Notes: generated from the sequence alone by a model not told the origin. A DNA stretch of 24,000 bases from Mycolicibacterium sphagni (GCF_013337765.1 NZ_VBSB01000001.1:82177-106176), one strand, 5' to 3'. Shown: positions 1 to 10,291, numbered from the stretch's first letter. Numbers and translations are program-made.

Positions 1-679
1 TCGCCGACTGCACCAGGATTCGGCGGCCCTCCTGGCTGCGCCAAATGAAGCCGAGGCCGCCGGCGCCCGGTTCGGGCGTGGCGTCCACCGGGGAGGACTC
101 CGGGCGCTTCCACGCGACCAGCGCGACGATCACCGCGACGAACGAGATCGCGTTGAGTCCGAACACCGCGGCGGGTCCGACGAAGGCCACCAGCAGGCCG
201 GCGACGGGCGGGCCGATCGCACGCGCCGCGTCGGCCGCGACCCCGCCCAGCGATGCAGCGGCGGGGATCTGTTCACGCGGAACGAGTTCGGGCTGGATGG
301 CCTGCCATGCCGGGGTGGTCAGTGCTGAGGCGCATCCGATCGCGAACATGAGGATCAGCAGCGTCAGTGGGTCCAGCAGACCTGCGGCGGCGACCACGGT
401 CAGCACCGCGGCCGCAGTGGCCGCGTAGATCTGCACCAGAATCAGAAGTCGGCGGCGATCCACCCGATCAGCCAGCGCGCCTGCGAACACCGTCAAGATC
501 AGTGTCGGCGACAGGCTCGCCGTCTGCACCAGGGCGACCACGGTCGGGTCCGCCTGCTCGATGACCAGAAACCATTGCGCGCCGACGGTCTGCATCCAGG
601 TCCCGATATTGGAGACCAGCGCCGCTACGAACAGACTCCGGAATGCCGCATTCTTCAGCGGCGCCCAGGCTTCAGACAC
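1..679 (-). CDS. MFS transporter, N-terminal part (gene continues past the left window edge)
   Basis: Absent from the ORF track because it has no stop in the window. My reverse-complement translation from GTG at 679 reads VSEAWAPLKNAAFRSLFVAALVSNIGTWMQTVGAQWFLV...FAGALADRVDRRRLLILVQ...IGPPVAGLLVAF. These are hydrophobic helices plus the MFS motif-A loop (G-x-L-A-D-R-x-x-R-R), as in EntS/MFS_3-type exporters. The chosen start overlaps the xthA stop by 25 nt and is uncertain. Confidence 0.6.
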   Translation of the reverse strand, partial: MSEAWAPLKNAAFRSLFVAALVSNIGTWMQTVGAQWFLVIEQADPTVVALVQTASLSPTLILTVFAGALADRVDRRRLLILVQIYAATAAAVLTVVAAAGLLDPLTLLILMFAIGCASALTTPAWQAIQPELVPREQIPAAASLGGVAADAARAIGPPVAGLLVAFVGPAAVFGLNAISFVAVIVALVAWKRPESSPVDATPEPGAGGLGFIWRSQEGRRILVQSA

Positions 680-1482
680 TCGGAGAACTCTACGGTCACC
701 GGGGCGTGATCGGACCAGCGAAGCGCGTACAGCGCAGGCTTCTCGACGTGGGCGGCCACGGTGCGCGCGGCCAGGCTCTCGGTGGCCAGGTGGTAGTCGA
801 TGCGCCAGCCGGCGTCGTTGTCGAACGCCTTGCCTCGCCACGACCACCAGCTGTACGGGCCTGCGACGTCGGGGTGCATCTGGCGCACGACATCGACCCA
901 CCCCGACTCCAGCAGGTCGGTCAGCCACTGGCGCTCACTGGGCAGGAATCCGGCCTTCTTGACGTTGGCTTTCCAGGCCTTGATGTCGTTTTCGGTGTGG
1001 GCGATGTTCCAATCGCCGCAGATCACCGCGTCGCGGCTGTCGGCCGCCAGCTCGGCCATCCGCTTGGCCAGTGCAGCGGTGAACCGTTCCTTCTCGAGCT
1101 GGCGGTCGGTGCCCGCCTCCCCGGTGTGCACGTAGACGCTGCCGACCGTGTGACCGTCTGTCAGGTCGACCTCGAGGTAGCGGCCATGCGATTCGAATTC
1201 GGTTGCCGCCAAGCCGATTCGGACCGCGGCGAACGGTGTGCGGGACAGGATCGCCACCCCGCTGCGGCCCTTGAGGTGCGGGCTGGCCGCTGCCAGATGC
1301 CAGCCGTCGGCCAGGGCTGGGGCCAGCGCCTCAGCGATCTGCTCGTCGTCGGAGCGGGTCTCCTGCAGGCACACGACGTCGGATGTGGTCCGGGTCAGCC
1401 AGTCCAGCAGGCCGAGGTTTTCTTCCGAGCGCTGGCGCACCGCGGCGCGCACGCCGTTGACGTTGATGGTGGTCACGATCAC
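655..1482 (-). CDS. xthA: Exodeoxyribonuclease III / AP endonuclease (ExoIII family)
   Basis: 275-aa ORF, MIVTTINVNGVRAA...CLQETR...GRSGVAILSR...ICGDWNIAHTENDI...WRIDYHLAT...RWSDHAPVTVEF. It has the ExoIII/EEP catalytic motifs (N-x-G, QE, GDxN, SDH). GTG start at 1482; GTG at 1476 is an alternative. Confidence 0.9.
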   Translation of the reverse strand: MIVTTINVNGVRAAVRQRSEENLGLLDWLTRTTSDVVCLQETRSDDEQIAEALAPALADGWHLAAASPHLKGRSGVAILSRTPFAAVRIGLAATEFESHGRYLEVDLTDGHTVGSVYVHTGEAGTDRQLEKERFTAALAKRMAELAADSRDAVICGDWNIAHTENDIKAWKANVKKAGFLPSERQWLTDLLESGWVDVVRQMHPDVAGPYSWWSWRGKAFDNDAGWRIDYHLATESLAARTVAAHVEKPALYALRWSDHAPVTVEFSECLKPGRR

Positions 1483-1505
1483 GGTGGAAAACCTATCGTG
1501 CGGTA

Positions 1506-2384
1506 TTGCGGTACCGCCGGTATCACCTTTACGGTCGGGTTGTGGCCCCCCGCGAACCCATCCATTCAGGTGCCGGCGAACCGATCCTGCTGCTACACCC
1601 GTTCATGATGTCCTCCTACGTCTGGACCGACGTCGCGGCACAACTGGCCGACACCGGCCGCTACGAGGTGTTCGCGCCGTCGATGGCCGGCCACAACGGC
1701 GGCCCGCGCAACCGGTCGTGGTTCCTGGACACCAACACCCTGGCCGACCACGTCGAACGGCAACTCGACCAGCTCGGCTGGGACACCGCCCACGTCGTCG
1801 GCAACTCACTCGGTGGCTGGGTGGCCTTCGAGATGGAGCGACGCGGCCGGGCCAGGACCCTGACCGCGATCGCGCCTGCCGGCGGCTGGCACCGCTGGTC
1901 ACCGGTGAAATACGAGATCGTCGGCAAGTTCGTCGCCGGTCTCCCGGTCTGGCTGACCGCACTGGTACTGCGTGAGCGCGCGCTGCGGCTGCCGGGTGCC
2001 AAGGCCGCAGCCAGCGTGCCGATCAGCGCCACCCCGGCCGGCCTGACCGAGGTGCAGCTGCAGGAGATCATCGACGACGTCACCCACTGCCCGGCCTACT
2101 ACCAGCTGTTGATCAAGGCCCTGCTGATGCCGGGGCTGATGGAGCTGACCGAGACTGCGGTGCCGACCCACCTGGTCGTCTGCGAACGCGACCGGGTGCT
2201 ACCCCACCCCCGGTTCAGCAACCACTTCCGCAAGCACATCCCGAACATCGAGAAGGTCACCGAACTCGACAGCGTCGGGCACATCCCGATGTTCGAGGCC
2301 CCACAGCGTGTGACGAACCTGATCGCCGACTGGGTCGACGCACACGTGCCGCCGGTGCGACAGAGTCAGGCAGGCGCTAGCTGA
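1506..2384 (+). CDS. Alpha/beta-fold hydrolase
   Basis: 292-aa ORF with an oxyanion region (ILLLHPF), a nucleophile elbow (GNSLGG), and a late Asp (CERDRV) and His ([11 protein letters not shown]). The TTG start at 1506 is uncertain; in-frame GTG at 1542 is an alternative. The 3' end overlaps the convergent icd stop by 8 nt. Confidence 0.8.
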   Translation: MRYRRYHLYGRVVAPREPIHSGAGEPILLLHPFMMSSYVWTDVAAQLADTGRYEVFAPSMAGHNGGPRNRSWFLDTNTLADHVERQLDQLGWDTAHVVGNSLGGWVAFEMERRGRARTLTAIAPAGGWHRWSPVKYEIVGKFVAGLPVWLTALVLRERALRLPGAKAAASVPISATPAGLTEVQLQEIIDDVTHCPAYYQLLIKALLMPGLMELTETAVPTHLVVCERDRVLPHPRFSNHFRKHIPNIEKVTELDSVGHIPMFEAPQRVTNLIADWVDAHVPPVRQSQAGAS

Positions 2385-4602
2385 GCGCTTCGTTGAACGT
2401 CTTGGAAGGCCGCATCACCGCGGCGGTCTTCTCGGGGTCCGGGTAGTAGTAGCCGCCGATGTCGGCCGGCTCGCCCTGCACCTCGTTAAGTTCGGCGACG
2501 ATCGTGGCCTCGTTCTCGGCAAGTGTCTTGGCCAGCGGCGCGAAATGCTCGGCCAGTTCCTTGTCCTCGGTCTGCGCGGCGAGCGCCTGCGCCCAGTACA
2601 GCGCGAGGTAGAACTGGCTGCCCCGGTTGTCCAGCTCGCCGGTCTTGCGCGACGGTCCCTTGTTCTCGTCCAACAGTTCTCCGACCGCGGTGTCCAGCGT
2701 GGTCGCCAGCACCTTCGCCTTGGCGTTGTCGGTCTTGTTGCCCAGATCCTCGAGGCTGGCGCCGATCGCGAGGAATTCGCCGAGCGAATCCCAGCGCAGG
2801 TGGTTCTCCTCGACCAGCTGGCTCACGTGCTTGGGAGCCGAGCCGCCTGCGCCGGTCTCGTACATGCCGCCGCCGGCCATCAGCGGCACGATCGAGAGCA
2901 TCTTGGCGCTGGTGCCCAGTTCCAGGATCGGGAACAGGTCGGTGAGGTAGTCGCGCAGGATATTGCCGGTGGCCGAGATGGTGTCCTGGCCGCGGATCAG
3001 CCGCTCGAGCGTGTACCGCATGGCCCACACCTGCGGGAGGATCGTGATCTCCAGGCCTTCGGTGTCGTAGTCCTTGAGGTAGGCCTTCACCTTCTTGCGC
3101 AGCTCGTTCTCGTGCGGGCGCTCGTCGTCGAGCCAGAACACCACGGGCATTCCGGACAGCCGGGCCCGGGTGACGGCCAGCTTGACCCAGTCCCGGATGG
3201 GGGCGTCCTTGACGATCGGCATCCGCCAGATATCGCCGGCCTCGACGTCCTGGGTCAGCAACACCTCACCGGTGTCGTTGTCGACGATGTCGGCGACGCC
3301 GTCCTCGGGGATTTCGAAGGTCTTGTCGTGGCTGCCGTACTCCTCGGCCTTCTGCGCCATCAGCCCGACGTTGGGAACGGTGCCCATGGTGGTCGGATCG
3401 AAGTTGCCGTGGGTCTTACAGAAGTTGATGACTTCCTGGTACATGCGGGAGAAGGTCGATTCCGGGTTGACGGCCTTGGTGTCCTTGGTGCGGCCGTCGG
3501 CGCCGTACATCTTGCCGCCGAGCCGGATCATCGCGGGCATCGAGGCGTCGACGATGACATCGCTCGGTGAGTGGAAGTTCGAGATGCCCTTCGCCGAGTC
3601 GACCATCGCCAGCTCCGGCCGGTGCTCGTGGCAGCGGTGCAGGTCTTCGATGATCTCTTCGCGCTGTGAGGCCGGCAACGTTTCGATCTTGTCGTACAGA
3701 TCGGACAGGCCGTTGTTGACGTTGACGCCGAGCTCGTCGAACAGCGCCCCGTGCTTGGCGAACGCGTCCTTGTAGAACACCTTCACCGCGTGGCCGAACA
3801 CGATGGGGTGGCTGACCTTCATCATGGTGGCCTTCACGTGCAGCGAGAACATCACGCCGGTCTTGTAGGCGTCCTCGATCTGCTCTTCGTAGAAGTCGAT
3901 CAGAGCCTTCTTGCTCATGTACATGCTGTCGATGACGTCGCCGTTGTCGAGCTCGACCTCGGGCTTGAACACGATCGTCTTACCGCTGGCGGCCTTGAGC
4001 TCCATCCGCACCTTGCGGTCTTTGTCGAGAGTCAACGACTTCTCACCGTGGTAGAAATCGCCGGTCTTCATGGTCGCGACGTGGGTGCGCGACGCCTGCG
4101 ACCACTTGCCCATGCTGTGCGGGTGCTTCTTGGCGTATTCCTTGACCGCATTGGGGGCACGGCGGTCCGAGTTGCCTTCGCGCAGAACCGGATTGACCGC
4201 ACTGCCGAGTGCCTTGCCGTAACGCTGCTTGATCTCGCGCGCTTCGTCGGTCTTGGGATCATCCGGGTAGTCGGGCAGGTCGTAACCCTTGGCCTTCAGC
4301 TCTTTGATCGCGGCGACCAGCTGCGGCACCGAGGCGCTGATGTTGGGCAGCTTGATGATGTTGGCGCTCGGATCCTGGGTCAGCTCGCCCAGCTCGGCCA
4401 GGTTGTCGGGCACCCGCTGCTCTTCGGTCAGCCGGTCGCTGAACTCGGCGAGGATGCGCGCGGCCACGGAAATGTCACTGGTCTTGACGTCGATGCCGGC
4501 GGGCTCGACGAAGGTGCGGAGGACCGGCAGAAAGGCGTACGTCGCGAGCAGCGGCGCCTCGTCGGTGAGCGTGTAGATGATGGATGGTTGCTCGGCGCTC
4601 AT
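2377..4602 (-). CDS. icd: NADP-dependent isocitrate dehydrogenase, monomeric type (~740 aa class)
   Basis: 741-aa ORF starting [27 protein letters not shown]. The length and N-terminus are characteristic of monomeric IDH (Icd2/Rv0066c-like). A GGGAGA Shine-Dalgarno lies about 8 nt upstream of the ATG at 4602. Confidence 0.95.
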   Translation of the reverse strand: MSAEQPSIIYTLTDEAPLLATYAFLPVLRTFVEPAGIDVKTSDISVAARILAEFSDRLTEEQRVPDNLAELGELTQDPSANIIKLPNISASVPQLVAAIKELKAKGYDLPDYPDDPKTDEAREIKQRYGKALGSAVNPVLREGNSDRRAPNAVKEYAKKHPHSMGKWSQASRTHVATMKTGDFYHGEKSLTLDKDRKVRMELKAASGKTIVFKPEVELDNGDVIDSMYMSKKALIDFYEEQIEDAYKTGVMFSLHVKATMMKVSHPIVFGHAVKVFYKDAFAKHGALFDELGVNVNNGLSDLYDKIETLPASQREEIIEDLHRCHEHRPELAMVDSAKGISNFHSPSDVIVDASMPAMIRLGGKMYGADGRTKDTKAVNPESTFSRMYQEVINFCKTHGNFDPTTMGTVPNVGLMAQKAEEYGSHDKTFEIPEDGVADIVDNDTGEVLLTQDVEAGDIWRMPIVKDAPIRDWVKLAVTRARLSGMPVVFWLDDERPHENELRKKVKAYLKDYDTEGLEITILPQVWAMRYTLERLIRGQDTISATGNILRDYLTDLFPILELGTSAKMLSIVPLMAGGGMYETGAGGSAPKHVSQLVEENHLRWDSLGEFLAIGASLEDLGNKTDNAKAKVLATTLDTAVGELLDENKGPSRKTGELDNRGSQFYLALYWAQALAAQTEDKELAEHFAPLAKTLAENEATIVAELNEVQGEPADIGGYYYPDPEKTAAVMRPSKTFNEALS

Positions 4603-4781
4603 GTGCTGTTGTCTCCCAGCGGTCGTTCAGGTGCGGTGGCGGCTATCAGTATCGCGTCGCATTCGAACCTACGTGACCGCGGTCGTCGTATCCGTGGAGA
4701 GGTCTGCGTCACAGTCCGTCCCCGAATCGCCCCGGATAACCCGCTGGCCTCCCGTTACGAAGGTCCGCTATGCTTCAAGGC

Positions 4782-4901
4782 GGTCATGAGCGCCAGCGTC
4801 AAGCCCCGGCTCGCTGGCCGGCAACCCTCCAACCGCGGTGGGGTGCTCCGGGTGAAGACCAGGTTGAGCAGCTGCAACTAGCTGCACGGCAAGCGCGGGT
4901 C
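4782..4901 (+). promoter_or_regulatory. SAM-IV riboswitch (S-adenosylmethionine sensing leader of metY-metX)
   Basis: GGTCATGAGCGCCAGCGTCAAGCCCCGGCTCGCTGGCCGGCAACCCTCCAACCGCGGTGGGGTGCTCCGGGTGAAGACCAGGTTGAGCAGCTGCAACTAGCTGCACGGCAAGCGCGGGTC. This is nearly collinear with the Mycobacterium sp. MCS SAM-IV RNA as I remember it. Visible helices are GCCAGCG (4792-4798) with CGCTGGC (4812-4818), and GCAGCT (4868-4873) with AGCTGC (4880-4885). It sits immediately 5' of metY, the canonical genomic context for this class. Confidence 0.85.
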
Positions 4902-4943
4902 CGTCATGAACGGGCCCCCAGAACAGATGGAGGTTCGTTTCAC

Positions 4944-6296
4944 ATGACCACACCCGAAATCGACGACCCCAGCGCAAGCTGGACCTTCGAGACCAAGCAG
5001 ATCCACGCCGGGCAGACCCCCGACTCCGCGACGCACGCCAGGGCACTGCCCATCTACGCGACCACGTCGTACACCTTCGACAACACCGAGCACGCCGCCG
5101 CACTGTTCGGGCTGGCCGAGCCGGGCAACATCTACACCCGGATCATGAATCCGACCCAAGACACCGTCGAGCAGCGCATCGCGGCCCTGGAAGGCGGCGT
5201 GGCCGCCCTGTTCCTGTCGTCCGGGCAGGCCGCGGAGACCTTCGCGATCCTGAATATCGCCGGCGCCGGCGACCACATCGTGTCGAGCCCACGGCTGTAC
5301 GGCGGCACCTACAACCTGCTGCATTACACGCTGCCCAAGCTGGGCATCGAGACCACGTTCGTGACGGACCCCGACGACCCGGAGTCCTGGCAGGCGGCGG
5401 TCCAGCCGAACACCAAGGCGTTCTTCGCCGAGACGATCTCCAACCCGCAGATCGACGTGCTGGACACGCCGGCCGTGTCCAAGGTGGCCCACGACAACGG
5501 GGTGCCGCTGATCGTCGACAACACCATCGCCACGCCGTACCTGATCCAGCCGATCTCCCAGGGCGCCGACATCGTCGTGCACTCGGCGACGAAGTACCTC
5601 GGCGGCCACGGCACGGCGATCGCCGGGGTGATCGTCGACAGCGGGAACTTCGACTGGACGAGTGGCAAGTTTCCCGGTTTCACCACCCCTGACCCCAGCT
5701 ACCACGGCGTGGTCTTCGCTGAACTCGGCCCGCCCGCCTATGCACTCAAGGCCCGCGTTCAGCTGCTGCGCGACCTGGGCTCGGCGGCATCGCCGTTCAA
5801 CGCCTTCCTGGTGGCGCAGGGCCTGGAGACGCTGAGCCTGCGCATCGAGCGCCACGTGTCCAATGCGCTGAAGGTGGCCGAATACCTGGCCGGGCACGAC
5901 GACGTCGTATCGGTCAACTACGCGGGGCTGCCCACGTCGCCGTGGTACGAGCGCGCAAAGAAGTTGGCGCCCAAGGGAACCGGTGCGGTGCTGGCGTTCG
6001 AACTGGCCGGCGGTGTCGAAGCGGGCAAGGCGTTCGTCAACGCCCTGACACTGCACAGCCATGTCGCCAATATCGGCGACGTGCGCTCGCTGGTGATCCA
6101 CCCGGCGTCGACTACACACCAGCAGCTGTCCGCCGAAGAGCAGCTGGCCACCGGTGTCACCCCGGGTCTGGTGCGACTGGCCGTCGGCCTCGAGGGCATC
6201 GACGACATCCTGGCCGACCTGGAACGTGGCTTCGCGGCCGCGAAGTCCGTGTCGGACGGGCAAGCGTCCGACCCGCGGGCCGTGGCGGCCTTTTGA
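4944..6296 (+). CDS. metY: O-acetylhomoserine sulfhydrylase (PLP-dependent, Cys/Met metabolism family)
   Basis: The track ORF starts at 4770, but that extension covers the riboswitch. I call ATG 4944 ([23 protein letters not shown]), which has GGAGG at 4929-4933. PLP-lysine motif [11 protein letters not shown]. The resulting 450 aa fits the family size. Confidence 0.93.
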   Translation: MTTPEIDDPSASWTFETKQIHAGQTPDSATHARALPIYATTSYTFDNTEHAAALFGLAEPGNIYTRIMNPTQDTVEQRIAALEGGVAALFLSSGQAAETFAILNIAGAGDHIVSSPRLYGGTYNLLHYTLPKLGIETTFVTDPDDPESWQAAVQPNTKAFFAETISNPQIDVLDTPAVSKVAHDNGVPLIVDNTIATPYLIQPISQGADIVVHSATKYLGGHGTAIAGVIVDSGNFDWTSGKFPGFTTPDPSYHGVVFAELGPPAYALKARVQLLRDLGSAASPFNAFLVAQGLETLSLRIERHVSNALKVAEYLAGHDDVVSVNYAGLPTSPWYERAKKLAPKGTGAVLAFELAGGVEAGKAFVNALTLHSHVANIGDVRSLVIHPASTTHQQLSAEEQLATGVTPGLVRLAVGLEGIDDILADLERGFAAAKSVSDGQASDPRAVAAF

Positions 6297-6307
6297 GTGA
6301 GCCTGAC

Positions 6308-7447
6308 ATGACTATCAGTGATGAGCGCATAGTGACGCTGCCCGCCGAAGGTGAGATCGGTGTCATCGACATCGGCCCGCTGACGCTGGAAAGCGGCGAG
6401 GTACTCGAGGACGTCTCGATCGCGGTGCAGCGCTGGGGCGAGCTGTCCCCCACTCGCGACAACGTGGTGGTGGCGCTGCATGCCCTGACCGGTGACTCGC
6501 ATCTGACCGGTCCTGAGGGTCCCGGCCACCCGACCCCCGGCTGGTGGGACGGCGTCGCGGGCCCGGGCGCACCGATCGACACCAACCGTTGGTGTGCGGT
6601 GGCCACCAACGTGCTGGGCGGCTGCCGCGGCTCGACCGGGCCCAGCTCGCTGGCCCGTGACGGCAAGCCGTGGGGTTCGCGGTTCCCGATCATCACGGTG
6701 CGCGACCAGGTCAAAGCCGATGTGGCCGCGCTGGCCGCGCTCGGCATCACCGACGTCGCGGCGCTGGTGGGCGGTTCGATGGGCGGCGCGCGGGCGCTCG
6801 AGTGGATGATCGGCTACCCCGAGCGGGTGCGGTCCGCCCTGGTGCTGGCCGTCGGCGCTCGTGCGACCGCCGACCAGATCGGCACGCAGTGCACCCAGAT
6901 CGCGGCCATCAAGGCGGATCCGAACTGGCAGAACGGCGACTATCACGGCACCGGGCGCAAACCCGATGTCGGTCTGGAGCTGGCCCGCCGGTTCGCCCAT
7001 CTGACCTACCGCGGCGAGGCCGAGCTGGACGACCGGTTCGGCAATGACGCCCAGGACGACGAGGACACGCTGGCCGGCGGCCGGTACGCGGTGCAGAGCT
7101 ACCTCGAATACCAGGGCGCCAAGCTGGTCGAGCGGTTCGACGCGGGCAGCTACGTGACGCTGACCGAGACGTTGTCCAACCACGATGTCGGGCGCGGACG
7201 CGGCGGAGTGGCCGCGGCCCTGGCGTCCTGCCCGGTGCCGACCGTCGTCGGCGGGATCACCTCCGACCGGCTCTACCCGCTGCGCTTGCAGCAGGAGCTG
7301 GCCGCCCTGCTGCCGAACTGCTCGGGGCTCAATGTCGTCGAGTCGATCTACGGTCACGACGGGTTCCTCGTCGAGACCGAGGCCGTGGGCGAGTTGATCC
7401 GCCGGACACTGGATCTGGCCGACGGCGAAGGTACCCGCACCCCGTGA
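6308..7447 (+). CDS. metX: Homoserine O-acetyltransferase
   Basis: In-frame ATG at 6308 ([33 protein letters not shown]) gives 379 aa. It has alpha/beta-hydrolase acyltransferase motifs ([16 protein letters not shown] nucleophile, GHDGFL). It lies 11 nt after the metY stop. Confidence 0.93.
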   Translation: MTISDERIVTLPAEGEIGVIDIGPLTLESGEVLEDVSIAVQRWGELSPTRDNVVVALHALTGDSHLTGPEGPGHPTPGWWDGVAGPGAPIDTNRWCAVATNVLGGCRGSTGPSSLARDGKPWGSRFPIITVRDQVKADVAALAALGITDVAALVGGSMGGARALEWMIGYPERVRSALVLAVGARATADQIGTQCTQIAAIKADPNWQNGDYHGTGRKPDVGLELARRFAHLTYRGEAELDDRFGNDAQDDEDTLAGGRYAVQSYLEYQGAKLVERFDAGSYVTLTETLSNHDVGRGRGGVAAALASCPVPTVVGGITSDRLYPLRLQQELAALLPNCSGLNVVESIYGHDGFLVETEAVGELIRRTLDLADGEGTRTP

Positions 7448-8178
7448 CCGAGTCACAGCGCGAACGTTCACTGTCCTTCGGATCCGAGGCCGCCGCCTAC
7501 GAGCGCGGCCGGCCGTCGTACCCGCCGGAGGCCATCGACTGGCTGTTGCCTGCCGGGGCGCGCGATGTGCTGGACCTGGGCGCGGGCACCGGCAAGTTGA
7601 CCACCCGGCTGGTCGAGCGTGGCCTGGATGTGGTGGCCGTCGATCCGTTGGCCGAAATGCTGGAGCTGCTCAGCTCGGCACTGCCCGACACGCCGGCCCT
7701 GCTGGGCACTGCCGAGCAGATCCCGTTGCCGGACAACAGTGTCGACGCGGTACTGGTGGCGCAGGCATGGCATTGGTTCGATCCGCAGCAGGCGGTCGCC
7801 GAGGTGGCGCGGGTGCTGCGACCGGGCGGGCGACTGGGCCTGGTGTGGAACGCCCGTGACGAAAGACTGGGCTGGGTCAAGGATCTCGGGCGGATCATCG
7901 GCCACGAAAATGCTCAGCTCAACGACACCACGACCCTGCCCGAACCGTTCACCGACCTGGCCCGCCACCGTGTCGAGTGGACGAGTTATTTGACGCCACA
8001 GGCGCTTATCGACCTGGTGGCATCGCGCAGCTACTGCATCACCCAACCGGCGGCGGTGCGCACCCAGACGCTCGCGGAGGTTCGCGAGCTGCTGGCCACC
8101 CATCCCGCACTGGCCAACTCGACAGGTTTGGCGCTGCCCTACATCACGGTGTGCCTGAGGGCGACGCTCGGCGGTTAG
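7444..8178 (+). CDS. Class I SAM-dependent methyltransferase (Rv3342-like, follows metX)
   Basis: 244 aa with SAM-binding motif I ([12 protein letters not shown]) and a post-I acidic residue (VVAVDP), of Methyltransf_11 type. The GTG start overlaps the metX stop (GTGA), implying translational coupling. Confidence 0.85.
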   Translation: MTESQRERSLSFGSEAAAYERGRPSYPPEAIDWLLPAGARDVLDLGAGTGKLTTRLVERGLDVVAVDPLAEMLELLSSALPDTPALLGTAEQIPLPDNSVDAVLVAQAWHWFDPQQAVAEVARVLRPGGRLGLVWNARDERLGWVKDLGRIIGHENAQLNDTTTLPEPFTDLARHRVEWTSYLTPQALIDLVASRSYCITQPAAVRTQTLAEVRELLATHPALANSTGLALPYITVCLRATLGG

Positions 8179-9683
8179 GGTCCGAACCAGCGCGCGAGTG
8201 CCGATTGGAGACGGTGGGCATTAGCAGGCCCGAAATCGTCTGCGGCCCAGGCGACATAGCCGTCCGGGCGGATGAGCAGCGCCGCCGGTCCGTCGGTCAA
8301 GTCCGCTTCGACGATATCGACGCGGTCGGCCCAGCCGTGCGCGCCGGCCGCGGCCGCACCACCGCAGAGGTCGAGTAGGACCGGCCTGGCTTTGTGCAGC
8401 AGACTCGCCACCCGGCGGCCGTCGTCGAGCGTCAGGTCGGGCACCAGGTAGCCGGAAAGTGGGTGGTCGTCGCCGACCTCGTAGCGGACATCGGAACCGG
8501 CCAACAGCGCCGCCATGTTGGCGGTGACCTGCGGAACGGCGATAATTTCTGCGAAAAGCTTTCGCAGTTGGGCAATTTCAGGACCTGGCGCCATCAGCGC
8601 GATCTGGGACATCGAATGCATCATCACTCGCTCTCCGACCGGAAAGCGCTCAGCCTGGTACGTGTCGAGCAGGGTATCCGGTGCGGCGCCGTTGATGACA
8701 GCGGCCAGCTTCCAGCCCAGGTTGAAGACGTCCTGCAGACCGAGGTTCAGGCCGGGGCCACCCATCGCGCTGTGCACATGTGCCGCATCGCCGACCAGGA
8801 GGACCCGGCCCTCCCGATATCGTTCGGCCTGTCGGGTGTTCTGTCCGTTGATACGCCGAAGTGCATGCGGGCCCGGCCCCGGTGGCTCGTCCACCGGTAA
8901 CTCGGTGCCGAGCACGCGGGCGAGGCTCTCGCGCAACTCGTCGAGCGACATAGGTTCCTCGCCGCCCGACGGTGTGCCGTATTCCATGGTGCCCAGCAGT
9001 GTCCGGTCGGCTTCAAACGGCGCATAAATCACCATGCCACGATCGAACCTGTTGTGGCCAAACGCGACTCGGCCAAATCCGGGCACGTCGAGACCTCCGT
9101 CAGCGTGCACGTACTCGTCGGGAACCGACACGTGGGCGACCCTGGCGATCGTCGGAGACGTCGCGCCGGGAAAGTCGATACCCACGCTCTTGCGGACGAA
9201 GCTGCGCCCACCGTCGGCACCCACCAGGTAGGACGCTGCCATGGTGTAGACACCGGACTCGGTGCCGATCGTCAGCTCGACGCCGTCGCCGGATGCCTTC
9301 AAACCGGTGAGTTCGTGGCCCCAGCGGATGTCGATGCCCAGCTCCCGCGCACGTTCGTCAAGGAAGCGCACCAGCTTCGGCTGCGCAATCGGCAACGCAT
9401 ACATCGGATTGTTGTCCATACCAACGAAATCCAGTGACATACCGGAGAAGATCCAGCCCTCCGACGGGTGGGGTGGATCGGCGAGGCCGGTGATCCTGGC
9501 GTAGAGACCACGCATGTCGAGCAACCGAACCACCTGGCCCACAAGACCGTTCGCCTTGGGCTCGTCGTTGGGTCCGGGTAATACGTCGAGCACGGTCGAC
9601 TGGACTCCAGCAAGCGCGAGTTCGCAGGCCAGCATCAGGCCGTTGGGTCCGGCACCGGAGATGACGACGGGATGAGAGTTCAC
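8175..9683 (-). CDS. Group A FAD-dependent monooxygenase (aromatic-ring hydroxylase, PheA/TfdB FAD_binding_3 type, with C-terminal thioredoxin-like domain)
   Basis: 502 aa. It has a GxGxxG motif (VISGAGPNGLMLACELALAG), a DG motif (LVGADGGRSFVRK), a GD motif (VLLVGDAAHVHSAMGGPGLNLGLQDVFNLGWKLA), and a C-terminal ALLIRPDGYVAWA...RWFGP tail. That tail is seen in aromatic polyketide hydroxylases and rifampicin-monooxygenase-like enzymes. Confidence 0.85.
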   Translation of the reverse strand: MNSHPVVISGAGPNGLMLACELALAGVQSTVLDVLPGPNDEPKANGLVGQVVRLLDMRGLYARITGLADPPHPSEGWIFSGMSLDFVGMDNNPMYALPIAQPKLVRFLDERARELGIDIRWGHELTGLKASGDGVELTIGTESGVYTMAASYLVGADGGRSFVRKSVGIDFPGATSPTIARVAHVSVPDEYVHADGGLDVPGFGRVAFGHNRFDRGMVIYAPFEADRTLLGTMEYGTPSGGEEPMSLDELRESLARVLGTELPVDEPPGPGPHALRRINGQNTRQAERYREGRVLLVGDAAHVHSAMGGPGLNLGLQDVFNLGWKLAAVINGAAPDTLLDTYQAERFPVGERVMMHSMSQIALMAPGPEIAQLRKLFAEIIAVPQVTANMAALLAGSDVRYEVGDDHPLSGYLVPDLTLDDGRRVASLLHKARPVLLDLCGGAAAAGAHGWADRVDIVEADLTDGPAALLIRPDGYVAWAADDFGPANAHRLQSALARWFGP

Positions 9684-10291
9684 GATGACGTCCTTTTCGG
9701 TTCGGGGAGCCCGGCGACGACGTCGGCGAAGCCTCGGCGCATCAGGCCGACGATCGGAACGGGCGGGTCAGAGGCGATGTAGGTGTCCATGGCGGCCTCG
9801 GCGACAGCGCGGATGCTCGCGGCCACCAGGCGCGGATACATGTCGCGCGCCGGATCGGTACCGGTGCGCTCGGCGATCGCGTCGATCCATTCAGCCATCA
9901 GGTCTTTGGCCAGCGCGTTGCGCACTTCGATGGCCATGCTCAGCTCGACGAGCTGGTCGAGCTGTTGGCGCGTCGGCGCGTAGTCCTCGCCCATCTCGGC
10001 GAGCAGAGGCGCGAGCACCGACTCGGTGATCGCCGTCCACAGCGGTTCGCTCGCGGGCCGGGCCCGAAATGCCGCAAGGCTGCGCCGCATTCGCTCCAAT
10101 TGCCGGTAGGCGATGGCTTCGTACTTGCCGGCGAAGTAGTTGTTGAACGTCCGCAAGGACACCCCGGCCCGCTCGGCGATGGCTTCCCGGGTGACGTTCT
10201 CCAGGCCTCGCTCGAAGGTCAGGTGCAGCGCGGCATCGCTCAGCGCCCTGCGGGTGTCAGCCTTCTTGCGCTCGCGCAGTCCCTGGCTCAT
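9680..10291 (-). CDS. TetR/AcrR family transcriptional regulator
   Basis: 203 aa with an N-terminal HTH (RRALSDAALHLTFERGLENVTREAIAERAGVSLRTFNNYFAGKYEAI). Its stop overlaps the monooxygenase start (ATGA at 9680-9683), so the two genes form one operon. Confidence 0.9.
   Translation of the reverse strand: MSQGLRERKKADTRRALSDAALHLTFERGLENVTREAIAERAGVSLRTFNNYFAGKYEAIAYRQLERMRRSLAAFRARPASEPLWTAITESVLAPLLAEMGEDYAPTRQQLDQLVELSMAIEVRNALAKDLMAEWIDAIAERTGTDPARDMYPRLVAASIRAVAEAAMDTYIASDPPVPIVGLMRRGFADVVAGLPEPKRTSS

Noticed and set aside
643-1608. 321-aa plus-strand ORF, together with the smaller ORFs at 45-428, 367-564, 561-962 and 800-1135.
   Set aside because: They are antisense or off-frame to the clearly homologous xthA and the MFS gene. 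Their Arg/Gly/Ala/Pro-rich, motif-free composition is typical of shadow ORFs in high-GC DNA.
2545-4881. Long plus-strand ORFs (2545-3570, 3095-3775, 3751-4881) opposite icd.
   Set aside because: They lie entirely within, or antisense to, the 741-aa monomeric IDH gene. They have no recognisable motifs and are GC-driven open frames.
4897-4917. 7-bp hairpin after the riboswitch, considered as an intrinsic terminator.
   Set aside because: No U-tract follows (CCAGAACAG), so it does not fit a canonical intrinsic terminator. I kept it only as a possible expression-platform element.
4770-4943. 58-codon N-terminal extension of the metY ORF, as given in the track.
   Set aside because: The extension overlaps the SAM-IV riboswitch and encodes Arg/Gln-rich junk. 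The internal ATG 4944 has a GGAGG Shine-Dalgarno and gives the family-typical length.
4878-7471. 461-aa and 517-aa minus-strand ORFs opposite metY and metX.
   Set aside because: They are mirror frames of two strongly recognisable genes, with low-complexity Arg/Gly/Asp-rich sequence.
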